Positions 40,895-52,243 of a stretch of DNA of 64,000 nt are shown here, piece by piece. The DNA lies in the NCBI GenBank assembly GCA_965222615.1, contig CBDCUI010000008.1:32001-96000 (forward strand), given 5' to 3'. The DNA comes from Gammaproteobacteria bacterium. GTDB lineage: Bacteria > Pseudomonadota > Gammaproteobacteria > UBA4575. Each line of letters opens with the position of its first letter. The first letter of the stretch is position 1. A model generated the notes under the pieces. The model was not told the origin of the DNA, searched no databases, and saw only the letters and a program-made list of their open reading frames with translations. The translations under genes and the position numbers were made by a program.

Positions 40895-41263
40895 ATGTCT
40901 TCTGATTGTATTTTTTGTCGAAAGAAAGATCTGATATACGAAGGTGAGCTGACTTTTATTAGTCAGGATAAGCACCCTGTGTCTCCTGGGCATTTACTTG
41001 TCGTTCCAAGTAGACATGTGCCAAATTATTTCGACTGTACCCAGGAAGAAATATCAGAATTGTGGGATTCTGTGCACCTCGCTAAACAGCTTGTTGAAAA
41101 AAAACATAAGCCTGATTCCTATAATATTGGCATTAATGTAAGTAAAGCCGCGGGCCAATCAGTACCGCATACACATATACACCTAATCCCTAGGTATGTT
41201 GGGGATGTTCCTGATCCAAGAGGTGGTGTTAGGAGTGTTATTCCTAAAAATAGAACCTATTAA
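40895..41263 (+). CDS. HIT family nucleotide hydrolase
   Basis: CIFC, GHLLVVP, AGQSVPHTHIHLIPR. Confidence 0.92.
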   Translation: MSSDCIFCRKKDLIYEGELTFISQDKHPVSPGHLLVVPSRHVPNYFDCTQEEISELWDSVHLAKQLVEKKHKPDSYNIGINVSKAAGQSVPHTHIHLIPRYVGDVPDPRGGVRSVIPKNRTY

Positions 41264-41265
41264 AC

Positions 41266-41295
41266 TAGGTAAGCTCTGATTTATTCTGATATGTT
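41266..41295. repeat. Solo left arm of the palindromic element
   Basis: TAGGTAAGCTCTGATTTATTCTGATATG matches the start of 54811-54944. Confidence 0.7.
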
Positions 41296-41410
41296 TCCAA
41301 AATAATGAATAAGTAAAATGTCGCGAAGTGCCTTGCCAAAATTGGACTAAGGGTTACTAAATAAGACTAATAAGGCATTTGTCTACTCACTGAAAACAAA
41401 TCAAACCCAA

Positions 41411-42478
41411 ATGAATGTTAGAGAAATTCGCATAAATCCCATTGTTCCTACGGAATCGGTATTGGTTTCTACGGCTAGGGGTCTGCGCCCACGTAAAGAA
41501 GAAAAGCCACCGCCAAAAAGCACACAATCAAAAGTTGATTCCTGTCCATTTTGTAAAGGCAATGAAGAGCAAACGCCTCCTACTCTAAGTAGCTGGCCTG
41601 ATGACAATGAATGGACAATTCGAATCGTAGAGAATTTATTTCCAGTGCTAAGCGATCGACAAATATCAAAAAACCTAAGCTTTGGACTGCAACATGTAAT
41701 CGATGGTTATGGTCGCCATGAAGTTGTAATTGATCATGATAATCATTCCATACATGTAGATGAAATGTCGCAGCAACACTTGTACGCACTTTTCAAAATG
41801 TATCGTGATCGTATGCTAATACTGTATGAAAGTGATTCTCGTATTAAATATGTATTGGTATTTAAAAATTTCGGTCCTGCTGCAGGTGCCAGTATCGCAC
41901 ATACCCATAGCCAAATTGTAGCAATGCCAGTAGTACCAGAAAATGTGGCAAATGAATTGCATTATTCATATGCTCATTTTCAAAAATTTAATCAAAATAT
42001 ATTTTCGCATTTAGTAGATGAGGCATTGACTTTTGAAGCGACGATTTATGACCGTGAATCAGGCGAAATACGACGAAAAATTAGTGTTGGACAATATGTA
42101 ATAGAAAAAAATAATCGCTTTATCGCAATTAAACCTTTTGCTAGTCGTTTTGAATGGGAGGTACAAATTTTCCCATTATTTCCTCAAGCAGATTATTTGC
42201 ATTGTAATGATGAAGAACTAGAAGATTTTGCATTAATACTAAAACGCACTATGCAACGCTTGAATAAGGTTATCGGTGGTGCACAATACAATTATTTTTT
42301 ACATTCCATTCCTCACGGTGATGAATTTAAAAAGCATTATAATAGTTATCAATGGCATCTGGAAATTTGCCCTCGTACTAGTATACCAACGGGATTTGAG
42401 TTGGGCTCAGGTTTGTTTGTAAGCACGGTTAGTCCAGAAGAAGCTGCAAAACAATTAAGAGAAACAAAAATTGATTGA
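41411..42478 (+). CDS. GalT-family nucleotidyltransferase, probable APS:phosphate adenylyltransferase (APAT)
   Basis: CPFC, GRHEV, GASIAHTHSQ (HxHxQ), GFELGSG; no gal genes nearby; apr genes in window. Confidence 0.7.
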   Translation: MNVREIRINPIVPTESVLVSTARGLRPRKEEKPPPKSTQSKVDSCPFCKGNEEQTPPTLSSWPDDNEWTIRIVENLFPVLSDRQISKNLSFGLQHVIDGYGRHEVVIDHDNHSIHVDEMSQQHLYALFKMYRDRMLILYESDSRIKYVLVFKNFGPAAGASIAHTHSQIVAMPVVPENVANELHYSYAHFQKFNQNIFSHLVDEALTFEATIYDRESGEIRRKISVGQYVIEKNNRFIAIKPFASRFEWEVQIFPLFPQADYLHCNDEELEDFALILKRTMQRLNKVIGGAQYNYFLHSIPHGDEFKKHYNSYQWHLEICPRTSIPTGFELGSGLFVSTVSPEEAAKQLRETKID

Positions 42479-42602
42479 CTTGTAATTAATCATGCCTAAA
42501 ACAGCCATGGATGGCTGTTTCCCCTGCCGTTGTTTCCGATGTTGCTCACCAAGTTGGATGAGATTTAGAGAGAGGTGCTATATTGTTATTTTGGTATTTA
42601 CT

Positions 42603-43124
42603 ATGAATCAAAATTCACAGCAACGAACTAAACGCATTGGCAAAGGTATGATATTTGCTGCGTGGATTTTGATATTTGGCTTACTTGTATGGTTTTTTGG
42701 GGTTCTAGAAACTAATAAACGTAATCCGAATCAGAACGTACAAACTCATGTGCTGACAACAGGAGAAAAAGAAGTAGTCTTGCAAAGTAGTTCACATGGT
42801 CATTATGTTGCGACAGGGAAAATCAATAATGAAAAGGTTACTTTTTTGGTTGATACAGGCGCTAGTTATGTCTCTGTTCCAGAACGTGTTGCAAATAGGA
42901 TAGGTTTAAAGAAAGGTGCGCCTTTATTAGTCTCTACTGCCAATGGTAATGTCACTGTGTATGCTACAAATCTAGATGCCGTCAGTATCGGTGATATCGT
43001 ACTGCGAGACATTAAGGCCGATATCAACCCGCATATGGATGGAAGTGAAATCTTATTAGGGATGTCCTTTTTAAGATATTTATCAGTCACTCACCAGGGT
43101 GATCAGCTAACGATACGCCAATAA
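42603..43124 (+). CDS. Clan AA aspartic protease (TIGR02281-like)
   Basis: GHYVATG, FLVDTGAS, LLGMSFL; ATG 42603 preferred over 42492. Confidence 0.88.
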   Translation: MNQNSQQRTKRIGKGMIFAAWILIFGLLVWFFGVLETNKRNPNQNVQTHVLTTGEKEVVLQSSSHGHYVATGKINNEKVTFLVDTGASYVSVPERVANRIGLKKGAPLLVSTANGNVTVYATNLDAVSIGDIVLRDIKADINPHMDGSEILLGMSFLRYLSVTHQGDQLTIRQ

Positions 43125-43136
43125 ATGACCTGAGGA

Positions 43137-44399
43137 TTAAACTTTGAATTCTGTATTCAATATTTTAGGTACTTGAATATTCTTTAGTTGAATGTATCTC
43201 GGTAAACCTTCTTTGTAAGGAGGATAGGCTTCACCTTTTATTAAAGGTGCAAGGTATGTTCGACAGCGGGTTGTAATGCTTAAACCATCTTTGCTGATGT
43301 AGCTGCGTGGCATCATTTTTTCTACATTGGCGACTTTAGCTAAAGTCGTGCTGCCAATTTTCCATCGATAGGGTTTGTTTGAAGTTCTAACGATAGTTGG
43401 CATCACTGCAGTCTTCCCTTGCAATGCAAATTGCACCGCCGCTTTACCCATCGCATAGGCATGGTCCACGTCGGTTTTAGAGGCAATGTGCCTAGCAGCA
43501 CGTTGTAAATAGTCCGCTACGGCCCAGTGATATTTATACCCATGTTCTTGTTTCACCATATTGGCAATCACCGGTGCGACTCCGCCTAACTGTTTATGCC
43601 CAAATGCGTCAGTGCTTCCTGCATCAGCAAGAAAAGTTCCATCTGCATAACGCGCACCTTCAGATACACAAATTACGCAATATTGATATTTTTCTACACA
43701 TTCCTTAACGCGTTGTAAAAATTGTTTTTGTTCAAAAGGAATTTCCGGAAATAAAATAATATGTGGCGCATCACCTTCGTTTTCTTTTGCAAGTCCGCTG
43801 GCAGCAGCAATCCAACCGGCATGACGGCCCATGACCTCCATTACAAATACCTTGGTCGAAGTTTCGGCCATCGATCTCACATCAAAAGCGGCCTCTTTAA
43901 TGGATACCGCAACATATTTGGCAACGGAACCAAAACCTGGGCAGTTATCCGTTATAGGTAAATCATTATCAACCGTTTTAGGAATACCGATACATTGAAT
44001 CGGATAGCCCATTTTTTTGCTCAGCTGTGAGACTTTAAGTGAAGTATCTTGGGAGTCGCCACCCCCGTTGTAAAAAAAATAACCAATGTTATGAGCTTGG
44101 AAAACTTCAATGAGTCTCTCGTATTGTGCGCGGTTTTCTTCAATACTCTTTAGTTTGTAACGGCAAGAACCGAATGCACCGGAAGGGGTATGTTTCAATG
44201 CAGCAATTGCACTTGCTGATTCTTTCGAAGTGTCAATCAAGTCTTCTGTTAAGGCTCCTATAATGCCATTACGACCGGCATATACTTTGCCAATCCTGTT
44301 TTTGTGTTTACGGGCAGTTTCGATTACTCCACATGCAGTGGCATTGATGACGGCCGTTACTCCACCAGATTGAGCGTAAAATGCGTTGCGTTTTTCCAT
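43137..44399 (-). CDS. 6-phosphofructokinase, probably PPi-dependent (Pfp type)
   Basis: AQSGG, GGGDSQD (Asp associated with PPi use), PKTVDND, MGRHAG. Confidence 0.85.
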   Translation of the reverse strand: MEKRNAFYAQSGGVTAVINATACGVIETARKHKNRIGKVYAGRNGIIGALTEDLIDTSKESASAIAALKHTPSGAFGSCRYKLKSIEENRAQYERLIEVFQAHNIGYFFYNGGGDSQDTSLKVSQLSKKMGYPIQCIGIPKTVDNDLPITDNCPGFGSVAKYVAVSIKEAAFDVRSMAETSTKVFVMEVMGRHAGWIAAASGLAKENEGDAPHIILFPEIPFEQKQFLQRVKECVEKYQYCVICVSEGARYADGTFLADAGSTDAFGHKQLGGVAPVIANMVKQEHGYKYHWAVADYLQRAARHIASKTDVDHAYAMGKAAVQFALQGKTAVMPTIVRTSNKPYRWKIGSTTLAKVANVEKMMPRSYISKDGLSITTRCRTYLAPLIKGEAYPPYKEGLPRYIQLKNIQVPKILNTEFKV

Positions 44400-44763
44400 A
44401 ATTTTGAATTCTATAAGTTAATTATTATGTATTTATAAAGAAAATTATATTTATACTTATTTAGCCACTTTTGATAATTATAAAGGTATATTCATTTACG
44501 AGCCAAAACAATGTCGAGTATTCAGCGAATTCAAAGCTTTTAGAGTCCAGCGATACTTTTGCATTCACTAATTAAATTTCAATATTATCTTTTCCTCAGT
44601 GGTTATAATTGCCTCGGTACTTTATTCTTATGTTAGTGTAATAGGATATCTGGTTCAGGCATATTCATTTATATGCCTATTCGAATTTTTATTCAATGCT
44701 AGCTAATTAGAGTAGTAGGCAATGCGTTGATTCTGGTGTACATATTAGTTAAAGAAGCTTTGA

Positions 44764-45465
<702 letters not shown>

Positions 45466-45473
45466 TTTTTCAG

Positions 45474-45830
45474 TTGGAAATTTGGCTAGCATTATTCTCA
45501 ATCATTGTTGCAGTTTGGTATTGGCAAGATAGTCTTCGTGCTCGAGAGATTACCCTGAAACACTGCCGACGCTTTTGTGCCGAGCAGAATGTGCAGTTTT
45601 TAGATCAGTCTGTATATGTAGCAAGGTTTTGCCTAGGCAGAGCAGCAAATCGAAAGTTATGTATTCGTAGATTTTATGCATTTGAGTTCAGCGTAGGTGG
45701 TACGGATCGGTATAACGGGGTTGCCGTTGTTGCAGATGGAAAACTTGAGTATCTATCTTTGTTGCATCCAAATGGTGAAATTATTGAAGGAAGATTAACT
45801 GAACAAACTAAACAGAATAACTATCATTAA
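45474..45830 (+). CDS. DUF3301-type protein
   Basis: N-terminal TM, QFLDQSV, YAFEFS..G..RY.G. Confidence 0.75.
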   Translation: MEIWLALFSIIVAVWYWQDSLRAREITLKHCRRFCAEQNVQFLDQSVYVARFCLGRAANRKLCIRRFYAFEFSVGGTDRYNGVAVVADGKLEYLSLLHPNGEIIEGRLTEQTKQNNYH

Positions 45831-45912
45831 ATTTCGCGCTATCGACTTACCTAAGCAAGCTAGTCTAGGTTTTTAAATAAATCTAGAATAAGTAAAGATT
45901 TGTTTCAAATAG

Positions 45913-46698
45913 CTATCTCAGCCAACCGATTTCTTTAGCAGTTTTATTACCTACTACGCATTTTTTTAAACTTTTTGCCATTTTAAATTGTGTAGTAGAC
46001 AAGGCAACGGTACCAGCCATAATCTCAGCGCGTCTTTGCGGGTAGATTGGATCACGGTTTGGTTCCGCCAGTCCATCAGGAGGTATGGGATTGCCAGTTA
46101 TGTCATATTTATCAGTAGCTCCTACTGTATGTAGCAGCTCATGGGCAATAACGACGTTATTTTGTTTGCTTTGATCATCGCTAGCGAAGGCATGTACGAT
46201 TCCTAGCAGACCTTTTTGTAATCCAAGCGAATGTTCGAGTTTTTTATTATTTTTTGTTTCATGATAAAGCACAAAAATGCGCACGCGATGTTTATTCGAT
46301 TTGTTGTCCGGTGTATTTTGCATTGTCCACCAGCGTAATTTCAGGCTCCATAAAGCAATTTTAATAGGATTTGCATCTGGTGTTGGTGGTTTGGGTGGAA
46401 GGGTATGCACTGTTTCGCCTAGATTAGTAATTGTCGGAATAGAGGTGACCACATCATCAAATTTGTTGCTTTCGCGTTTCATAAATGTATCTATGGCAGC
46501 AAAATCTTTTTCTGACAACTCATCAATATAACGATCTATCTCAACAGTACCCTCTGCATTGATAGGATAAATAACTATATCTAATGGCTTATACCAACCT
46601 TGTGTAACCAAGCGTTGATCTTTGCTATAAAGTGCTACGGAACACAGAATAAATATTAGAATTAGGATGCGAAGGTTTTTAAATGTAAATATACGCAT
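45913..46698 (-). CDS. Putative zinc metallopeptidase
   Basis: AHELLHTVGATD (HExxHxxGxxD), later EIMAG Met-turn-like segment. Confidence 0.65.
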   Translation of the reverse strand: MRIFTFKNLRILILIFILCSVALYSKDQRLVTQGWYKPLDIVIYPINAEGTVEIDRYIDELSEKDFAAIDTFMKRESNKFDDVVTSIPTITNLGETVHTLPPKPPTPDANPIKIALWSLKLRWWTMQNTPDNKSNKHRVRIFVLYHETKNNKKLEHSLGLQKGLLGIVHAFASDDQSKQNNVVIAHELLHTVGATDKYDITGNPIPPDGLAEPNRDPIYPQRRAEIMAGTVALSTTQFKMAKSLKKCVVGNKTAKEIGWLR

Positions 46699-46791
46699 TA
46701 TGCAAGCATAAGGTGTATTAAATTATTCTCAATCGATCGTTGATTAACGGTTACAACACTATGCTAACTGGCAAAATGGTTATACATACAT

Positions 46792-47847
46792 ATGGCATAT
46801 AAAGTACAACTACAATCTAAAGAGTTTTCCTTTTGTGTTGAGTCGCATGAATCAATTTTAGACGCAGCAATTCGTGCAGGCATACCAATAAGCTATGGTT
46901 GTAGCAATGGCTTGTGTGGTTTGTGCAAAGCAAAGGTTATTGATGGTGATGTGGAATTGTTACGCCAGCATGATTTTGTAATTCGTGAAGCGGAAAAGTT
47001 TCAAGGTTACGCCTTGATGTGTTCGACGACATGCCAAAGTGATGTCGTGATAGATGCTGATGTAGCGGTAAATGCATCTGACATTCCGGTACAGAATTTG
47101 CGTGTAAAAATCCGTAAGATCAATAGAATTAGTGAAGATCTTGCCATTGTTACGACTCAAGTGCCACGCAGTATGCGACTTAGATTTATCGCAGGACAAT
47201 ATATGCGTGTTGGTGATGCACAAAAGCAATCTCATGATTATGCAATTGCAAGTTGTCCATGTGACGAAAAAAGGCTTGAGTTTCATGTTCGAAAGTCGGC
47301 TGGAGACGCCTTTTCCAATTCTATTTTTGAAAATCTAAGTGTTGGTGATTGGTTAGATATTCAAGGCCCGTTTGGTGATTTTGTTGTAAATGAACAGCAA
47401 GATACCCCTTTAGTGATGATTGCCTTTGATACAGGTTTTGCGGCGATCAAAAGTTTGCTTGAACATATAACAGCGCAAGACAACGAAAGAAATATCTATT
47501 TGTTTTGGTTAGCTTGTGGGGCTGAGGGTTTATATTTAGATAATCTGTGTCGTTCTTGGGCAGATGCTTTAGATCAATTAGAGTATTTTCCGATACACTT
47601 ATCAAAAGCGGCGAATGAAATTTTAGATAGTCAATATGAAGGTATGAGTATTATCGAAGAACGTTTAACCAGCGCACTACAATCTATTGATCACCTCAAA
47701 GATGCTGACATATATAATGTGTCACCAGAGCCCGTAGCGAAATTAGTGCAGCAGTTATTAATACAAAAGGGATTTAAGGAGCATCAGTTTCACCATGAGA
47801 TTATCCGTGGCAATCCAAATTTAAAATGTATACACACTTCTGCTTGA
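46792..47847 (+). CDS. 2Fe-2S ferredoxin / FNR-like NAD(P)H oxidoreductase fusion
   Basis: GCSNGLCGLCK...MC, AGQY, GPFGDF, TGFAAIKS. Confidence 0.85.
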   Translation: MAYKVQLQSKEFSFCVESHESILDAAIRAGIPISYGCSNGLCGLCKAKVIDGDVELLRQHDFVIREAEKFQGYALMCSTTCQSDVVIDADVAVNASDIPVQNLRVKIRKINRISEDLAIVTTQVPRSMRLRFIAGQYMRVGDAQKQSHDYAIASCPCDEKRLEFHVRKSAGDAFSNSIFENLSVGDWLDIQGPFGDFVVNEQQDTPLVMIAFDTGFAAIKSLLEHITAQDNERNIYLFWLACGAEGLYLDNLCRSWADALDQLEYFPIHLSKAANEILDSQYEGMSIIEERLTSALQSIDHLKDADIYNVSPEPVAKLVQQLLIQKGFKEHQFHHEIIRGNPNLKCIHTSA

Positions 47848-47850
47848 ATC

Positions 47851-48267
47851 ATGATGGATTACAAATGTAGTTTTGCAGCGACTTTAATCAAAAATAATTT
47901 TGCATGTGAAAAAGCTAAAATGGTCACTCGACGTGCTGGTCCTGACATCGCCTGTTCTTCTGAAGATGCTAGTAAGCATTGCAATAACTTATTGTCTGCA
48001 TTTAAAAAAGTGGGACTGCCGGCATTTGATGCCGAAGATGATTTATTAAAAACCCCACAAAGTATTTTCACCAAAATCCAATTTGGTGGTTTATTAGGGT
48101 TAGAAAGAGAGCTTGGGAATAATACAGAGATTGATCATGTGAATAATATTTTCTGCTTAGTAAATCATTCGCTGGAACATTTTGGGTCAGTGGAATCTAT
48201 ACCACATGAAAATTATATTAAGCACATGCTGGATTTTAAAATTCCACGTAAAACAAAAACAAAATAA
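47851..48267 (+). CDS. Uncharacterised Cys-rich protein, paralog of 13445-13906
   Basis: CSF...FAC...IAC...HC...KIQFGGLLGL. Confidence 0.75.
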   Translation: MMDYKCSFAATLIKNNFACEKAKMVTRRAGPDIACSSEDASKHCNNLLSAFKKVGLPAFDAEDDLLKTPQSIFTKIQFGGLLGLERELGNNTEIDHVNNIFCLVNHSLEHFGSVESIPHENYIKHMLDFKIPRKTKTK

Positions 48268-48289
48268 ATATAAGCTGTTGGAGAAAAAA

Positions 48290-49141
48290 ATGAATTATCA
48301 AACAATAATTTCTGTAGATGACTTGAATAAAAATTTAAGCAATGAAAACTGGTTTATTTTTGATTGTAGGTTTTTGCTAAAAGATCCAAAAGGTGGGGTT
48401 GATAAATTTAATCAAGGCCATATTCCAGGCGCGCAATTTGCAGATATGGATCAAGATTTATCATCACCAATGACACAATCATCAGGGCGTCACCCATTGC
48501 CGGATCCAAATGAATTTATAAATAAGTTGCGTGCTTGGGGGGTAAGCAATAATTCTCAAATTATTTGTTATGACGGTATCTCAGGTGCCTTTGCTGCACG
48601 CATGTGGTGGTTATTACGTTGGCTAGGTCATCAAGATGTTGCCGTATTAGATGGGGGCGTTGAAAAATGGAGCGAAAAAGGACTGCCTTTAGAAACAGAA
48701 GTTCAAACAAGAACTACAGGAGCATTTGTTGGAGAAGCTAAGAATTCAATGTGGGTAGATATTGATTTCGTGCGGCAGCAACTTAAACAAGAAAAAATAA
48801 GTCTGCTCGATGCACGTTCAGCAGAAAGATTTACTGCTCAAGACCAGAAAACGGACCCTGTCCCTGGACATGTTCCAGGCGCAGTGAATTATCCGTTTGC
48901 GGGGAACCTAAATTCACAAGGCTTATTTCTACCACCAAATAAATTGAATGAACGCTTTGCATCAGTATTTGCTGACAATCAACAAGATCAAATTATTAAT
49001 ATGTGTGGCTCAGGGGTAACCGCGTGTCATAATTTATTGGCGATGAGTATTGCCGGTCTACCAATGACACGGTTATATGTGGGATCTTGGAGCGAATGGA
49101 TCAAAGATTCGAGTCGGGCGATAGCTACCGGAGAGGTATGA
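48290..49141 (+). CDS. sseA: Two-domain rhodanese / 3-mercaptopyruvate sulfurtransferase
   Basis: GHIPGA, GRHPLP, CGSGVTAC, LYVGSWSEW; GGAG SD before ATG 48290. Confidence 0.88.
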   Translation: MNYQTIISVDDLNKNLSNENWFIFDCRFLLKDPKGGVDKFNQGHIPGAQFADMDQDLSSPMTQSSGRHPLPDPNEFINKLRAWGVSNNSQIICYDGISGAFAARMWWLLRWLGHQDVAVLDGGVEKWSEKGLPLETEVQTRTTGAFVGEAKNSMWVDIDFVRQQLKQEKISLLDARSAERFTAQDQKTDPVPGHVPGAVNYPFAGNLNSQGLFLPPNKLNERFASVFADNQQDQIINMCGSGVTACHNLLAMSIAGLPMTRLYVGSWSEWIKDSSRAIATGEV

Positions 49142-49234
49142 TTTATCCAAATATCTCTTTGAAATTCATCAAATTTTGCAGTTTAATCTCCTCGTTTAGC
49201 CCTTCTATATGCTCGTTTATAGAGCCAGTTCACA

Positions 49235-51439
49235 ATGCTCATTAATATTAGCCAGGAACATTACGTTTCGTACGGTTCTCCGTATCGATATGAAGGTAAC
49301 GTACTCAAGGCTAATAGAATTAATCAGGTCAATCTAAAAAATGTATCTGCCTTACCGGCAGACAATACCAGCTACTCTGCGCCTATACATTTAGATGCAA
49401 TGTCGCTGCCTTTCCCTGTGGCGATCCTGCGTGCTAACGATGGGCATGTATTGTATGCCAACACCATGATGGCGGCGTTACTTCAATCAAAAGTAGATGA
49501 TCTTTTAGGCAAAGCTATTCCAGGACTGTTTGATACGGGTAAACATCGTAGTCTAGTTTTCAAGCAGCTGAAACGACGCACTATCATCCCTCCGAGTACA
49601 GTAACTTTAACAAGTGCAGAAAATAAACCCATCAAGGTTTCTGCATCGTTATCACTTACGCGATTTGATAATAACCTTTGTATTTTAGTCACGCTTCAAG
49701 ATATACCACGTAGTCCACCTAATCTAAAGCGGCTGAACATTGTTATGCAGCGTTATAACATGGCATTACAAGCGGCAAAAGTGGGTATATGGAGTTGGGA
49801 CTTAATGACCGACCGTATAGTGTGGGACGACACCATGCATGAATTGTTTGGTATTGAACCTGGAACTTATTCAGGTAAAAAAAGAGATTTTCTTGAATTT
49901 ATGGTTCCTGAAGATCGTAAAGAACAAATTGATATTGGTAATAAGCTTTATAAAGAAGGTGGAAAATTTGATACCAAATTTAGAATTGTGCGACCAGATG
50001 GAGAAACAAGAGTACTTATCAATCGTGGTGAAGCTTTTAAAAATTCACAAGGCTATGTGTTTAGCACCGTAGGAGCTTGTTGGGATGTAACGGAAAATTT
50101 TGCGTTGAATGCAAAGATCGAGCATCAAGCACAATATGATCCTTTAACCGGGTTGTTAAATCGGCATGAAATGCAACGTAAAATTGAGCAGCTATTAGAA
50201 AATATAAGAAAAGAACCTTCTGACAATACATTTTGTTATTTCGATATAGATCGGTTTAAAGTAGTTAATGATACCTGCGGACATCAAGCGGGTGACACCT
50301 TGTTGAGTAAAATTGCTGAACATCTGCGTTCATACGTTAAAAAATCTGATTATTTTGCACGTGTAGGTGGAGATGAGTTTGCCATTGTTATTACCAATTC
50401 TACAAATAAGGAAGCAAGAAAGGTTGCTGACACAATTCACAAGGCAGCCAAGGACTTTCATTTTGAATGGAATGGTAAAGTATTTGACACGAGTGTGAGT
50501 ATGGCACTTGTTCCTATCACAGCAGATAAGACGCTGGGCCAAATCCTCGGATCTGCTGATGTAGCCTTGTCTGCAGCAAAAGATTCTGGTCGAGATCGTA
50601 TTCACGAATATCGTCCACACGACTCAACCGTGATCCGACGTCATGATGAAATGCAATGGGTTATGGAGTTAGAAGATGCCTTGCGCAATGATCGATTTCA
50701 ACTCAATTTTCAGCCCATACAACCACTGCATAGTGATGAAAAGGAAGGACATCATTATGAAGTATTGTTGCGTGTTATCAATGTTAGTGGTGATGTTATA
50801 GCTCCAAGTGAACTGTTAAAGGCAGCTGAACAATTTGATATGGCGACTCGCGTAGATAAATGGGTTATTAATGCGATGTTCGATTGGCTTAAAAAAAATC
50901 CAGACCACTGTAAAGAATTAAGTCTATGCTCCATTAATCTTTCCGGAGCTTCCATTGGTGATCAGGAGTTTCTAACGTTCCTTGAAGAAAAATTAAACGA
51001 TGACGATATCCCGAGTAAGAAAATAAGTTTTGAAGTAACAGAAAATGCGGCAATTAAAAATATTAATAAGGCTGCAGATTTTATCAGAAAGATTAAAGAA
51101 TTCGGCTGCAGATTTGCCTTAGATGATTTTGGCAGTGGTCTTTCTTCGTTTGCTTACCTTAAAGATCTGCCAGTAGACATTCTAAAAATCGATGGCATGT
51201 TTGTTAAAGGTATCAATACCGAGCCAGTTAACTACGCCATGGTTAAAGCCATTCATGATGTTGGAAAAATAATGAAAATGAAGACCATAGCTGAGTACGT
51301 TGAAAATGAAAAAGTGCTAGATAAATTAAATGAAATAGGCGTTGACTATGGACAGGGCTATTACTTTGGAGAGTCTAAAAAATTAGATAAGATTATTGTT
51401 GTTGAATCTGAAATTGCCGAGCCAGACGATACGCTGTAA
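49235..51439 (+). CDS. PAS-PAS-GGDEF-EAL c-di-GMP enzyme
   Basis: Two PAS-like regions, DPLTGLLNR, RVGGDEF, YEVLLR, DDFGSG. Confidence 0.92.
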   Translation: MLINISQEHYVSYGSPYRYEGNVLKANRINQVNLKNVSALPADNTSYSAPIHLDAMSLPFPVAILRANDGHVLYANTMMAALLQSKVDDLLGKAIPGLFDTGKHRSLVFKQLKRRTIIPPSTVTLTSAENKPIKVSASLSLTRFDNNLCILVTLQDIPRSPPNLKRLNIVMQRYNMALQAAKVGIWSWDLMTDRIVWDDTMHELFGIEPGTYSGKKRDFLEFMVPEDRKEQIDIGNKLYKEGGKFDTKFRIVRPDGETRVLINRGEAFKNSQGYVFSTVGACWDVTENFALNAKIEHQAQYDPLTGLLNRHEMQRKIEQLLENIRKEPSDNTFCYFDIDRFKVVNDTCGHQAGDTLLSKIAEHLRSYVKKSDYFARVGGDEFAIVITNSTNKEARKVADTIHKAAKDFHFEWNGKVFDTSVSMALVPITADKTLGQILGSADVALSAAKDSGRDRIHEYRPHDSTVIRRHDEMQWVMELEDALRNDRFQLNFQPIQPLHSDEKEGHHYEVLLRVINVSGDVIAPSELLKAAEQFDMATRVDKWVINAMFDWLKKNPDHCKELSLCSINLSGASIGDQEFLTFLEEKLNDDDIPSKKISFEVTENAAIKNINKAADFIRKIKEFGCRFALDDFGSGLSSFAYLKDLPVDILKIDGMFVKGINTEPVNYAMVKAIHDVGKIMKMKTIAEYVENEKVLDKLNEIGVDYGQGYYFGESKKLDKIIVVESEIAEPDDTL

Positions 51440-51575
51440 TTACATTTGTTAAAGTTTCACTTTTTTCTACGTACAATCAAAGTTCTGAACTTTTAGTTCA
51501 CTATAACTCTCTAAGTTTTACCACAAACATCGTATTCTGTTAAGCTGGTAAAAAATTTGCTGCGAGGTATTTTCT

Positions 51576-52142
51576 TTGAAATTTTGTAGCAGCTGTGGTT
51601 CTGCTGAAATACTGTTAACCATTCCCGATGGTGATAATCGCCCACGCTTTGTTTGTCAAAGCTGTGATGAGATTTTTTATCATAACCCAAAAATTGTTGC
51701 AGGCTGCATTGCCGAGTGGCAAGGCAAGATACTAATGTGTAAACGTGCAATTGAGCCTCGCTATGGGAAGTGGACACTCCCAGCAGGGTTTATGGAAAAC
51801 GAAGAAACCATGCATGATGCCGCAGCGCGCGAAACACACGAAGAAGCAACTGCTGAGGTTTCCAGTTTAACTTTGTACACTATGTATAACTTGCCCCATA
51901 TTAATCAGGTATATGCAATCTTTAAAGGCGAGTTGGTAAATGGCCGAGCAAGTCCTGGAGACGAAAGTTTGGAAGTTGCACTAATGGGAGAAAAAGACAT
52001 CCCTTGGCAAGAAATAGCTTTTCCAGTGATTAAAGAAAGCCTGGAATTATATTTTAAAGATAAACGTAACAATTGTTTTAGTTTGCACTATGGTGATATG
52101 TGTCGGCTACCTGATCGTACATTTAAAATTAAACGTTATTAA
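51576..52142 (+). CDS. Zinc-ribbon NUDIX hydrolase
   Basis: FCSSCG...CQSC, GFMENEE...AARETHEEA. Confidence 0.9.
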   Translation: MKFCSSCGSAEILLTIPDGDNRPRFVCQSCDEIFYHNPKIVAGCIAEWQGKILMCKRAIEPRYGKWTLPAGFMENEETMHDAAARETHEEATAEVSSLTLYTMYNLPHINQVYAIFKGELVNGRASPGDESLEVALMGEKDIPWQEIAFPVIKESLELYFKDKRNNCFSLHYGDMCRLPDRTFKIKRY

Positions 52143-52243
52143 AAATCCATCACATAGTACACTAAGTTTGTGCATTGTCTGAGCCAACTATCTGCTATTC
52201 TGTAATAGGTTTTAATAATATTTTCAAGAGTTAATTGATATAA

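Noticed and set aside
42492-42602. Cys-rich N-terminal extension of the aspartic protease
   Set aside because: Runs through a hairpin repeat; the family-like sequence starts at ATG 42603
48182-48289. Extended start of sseA
   Set aside because: Overlaps the upstream gene; the SD supports ATG 48290
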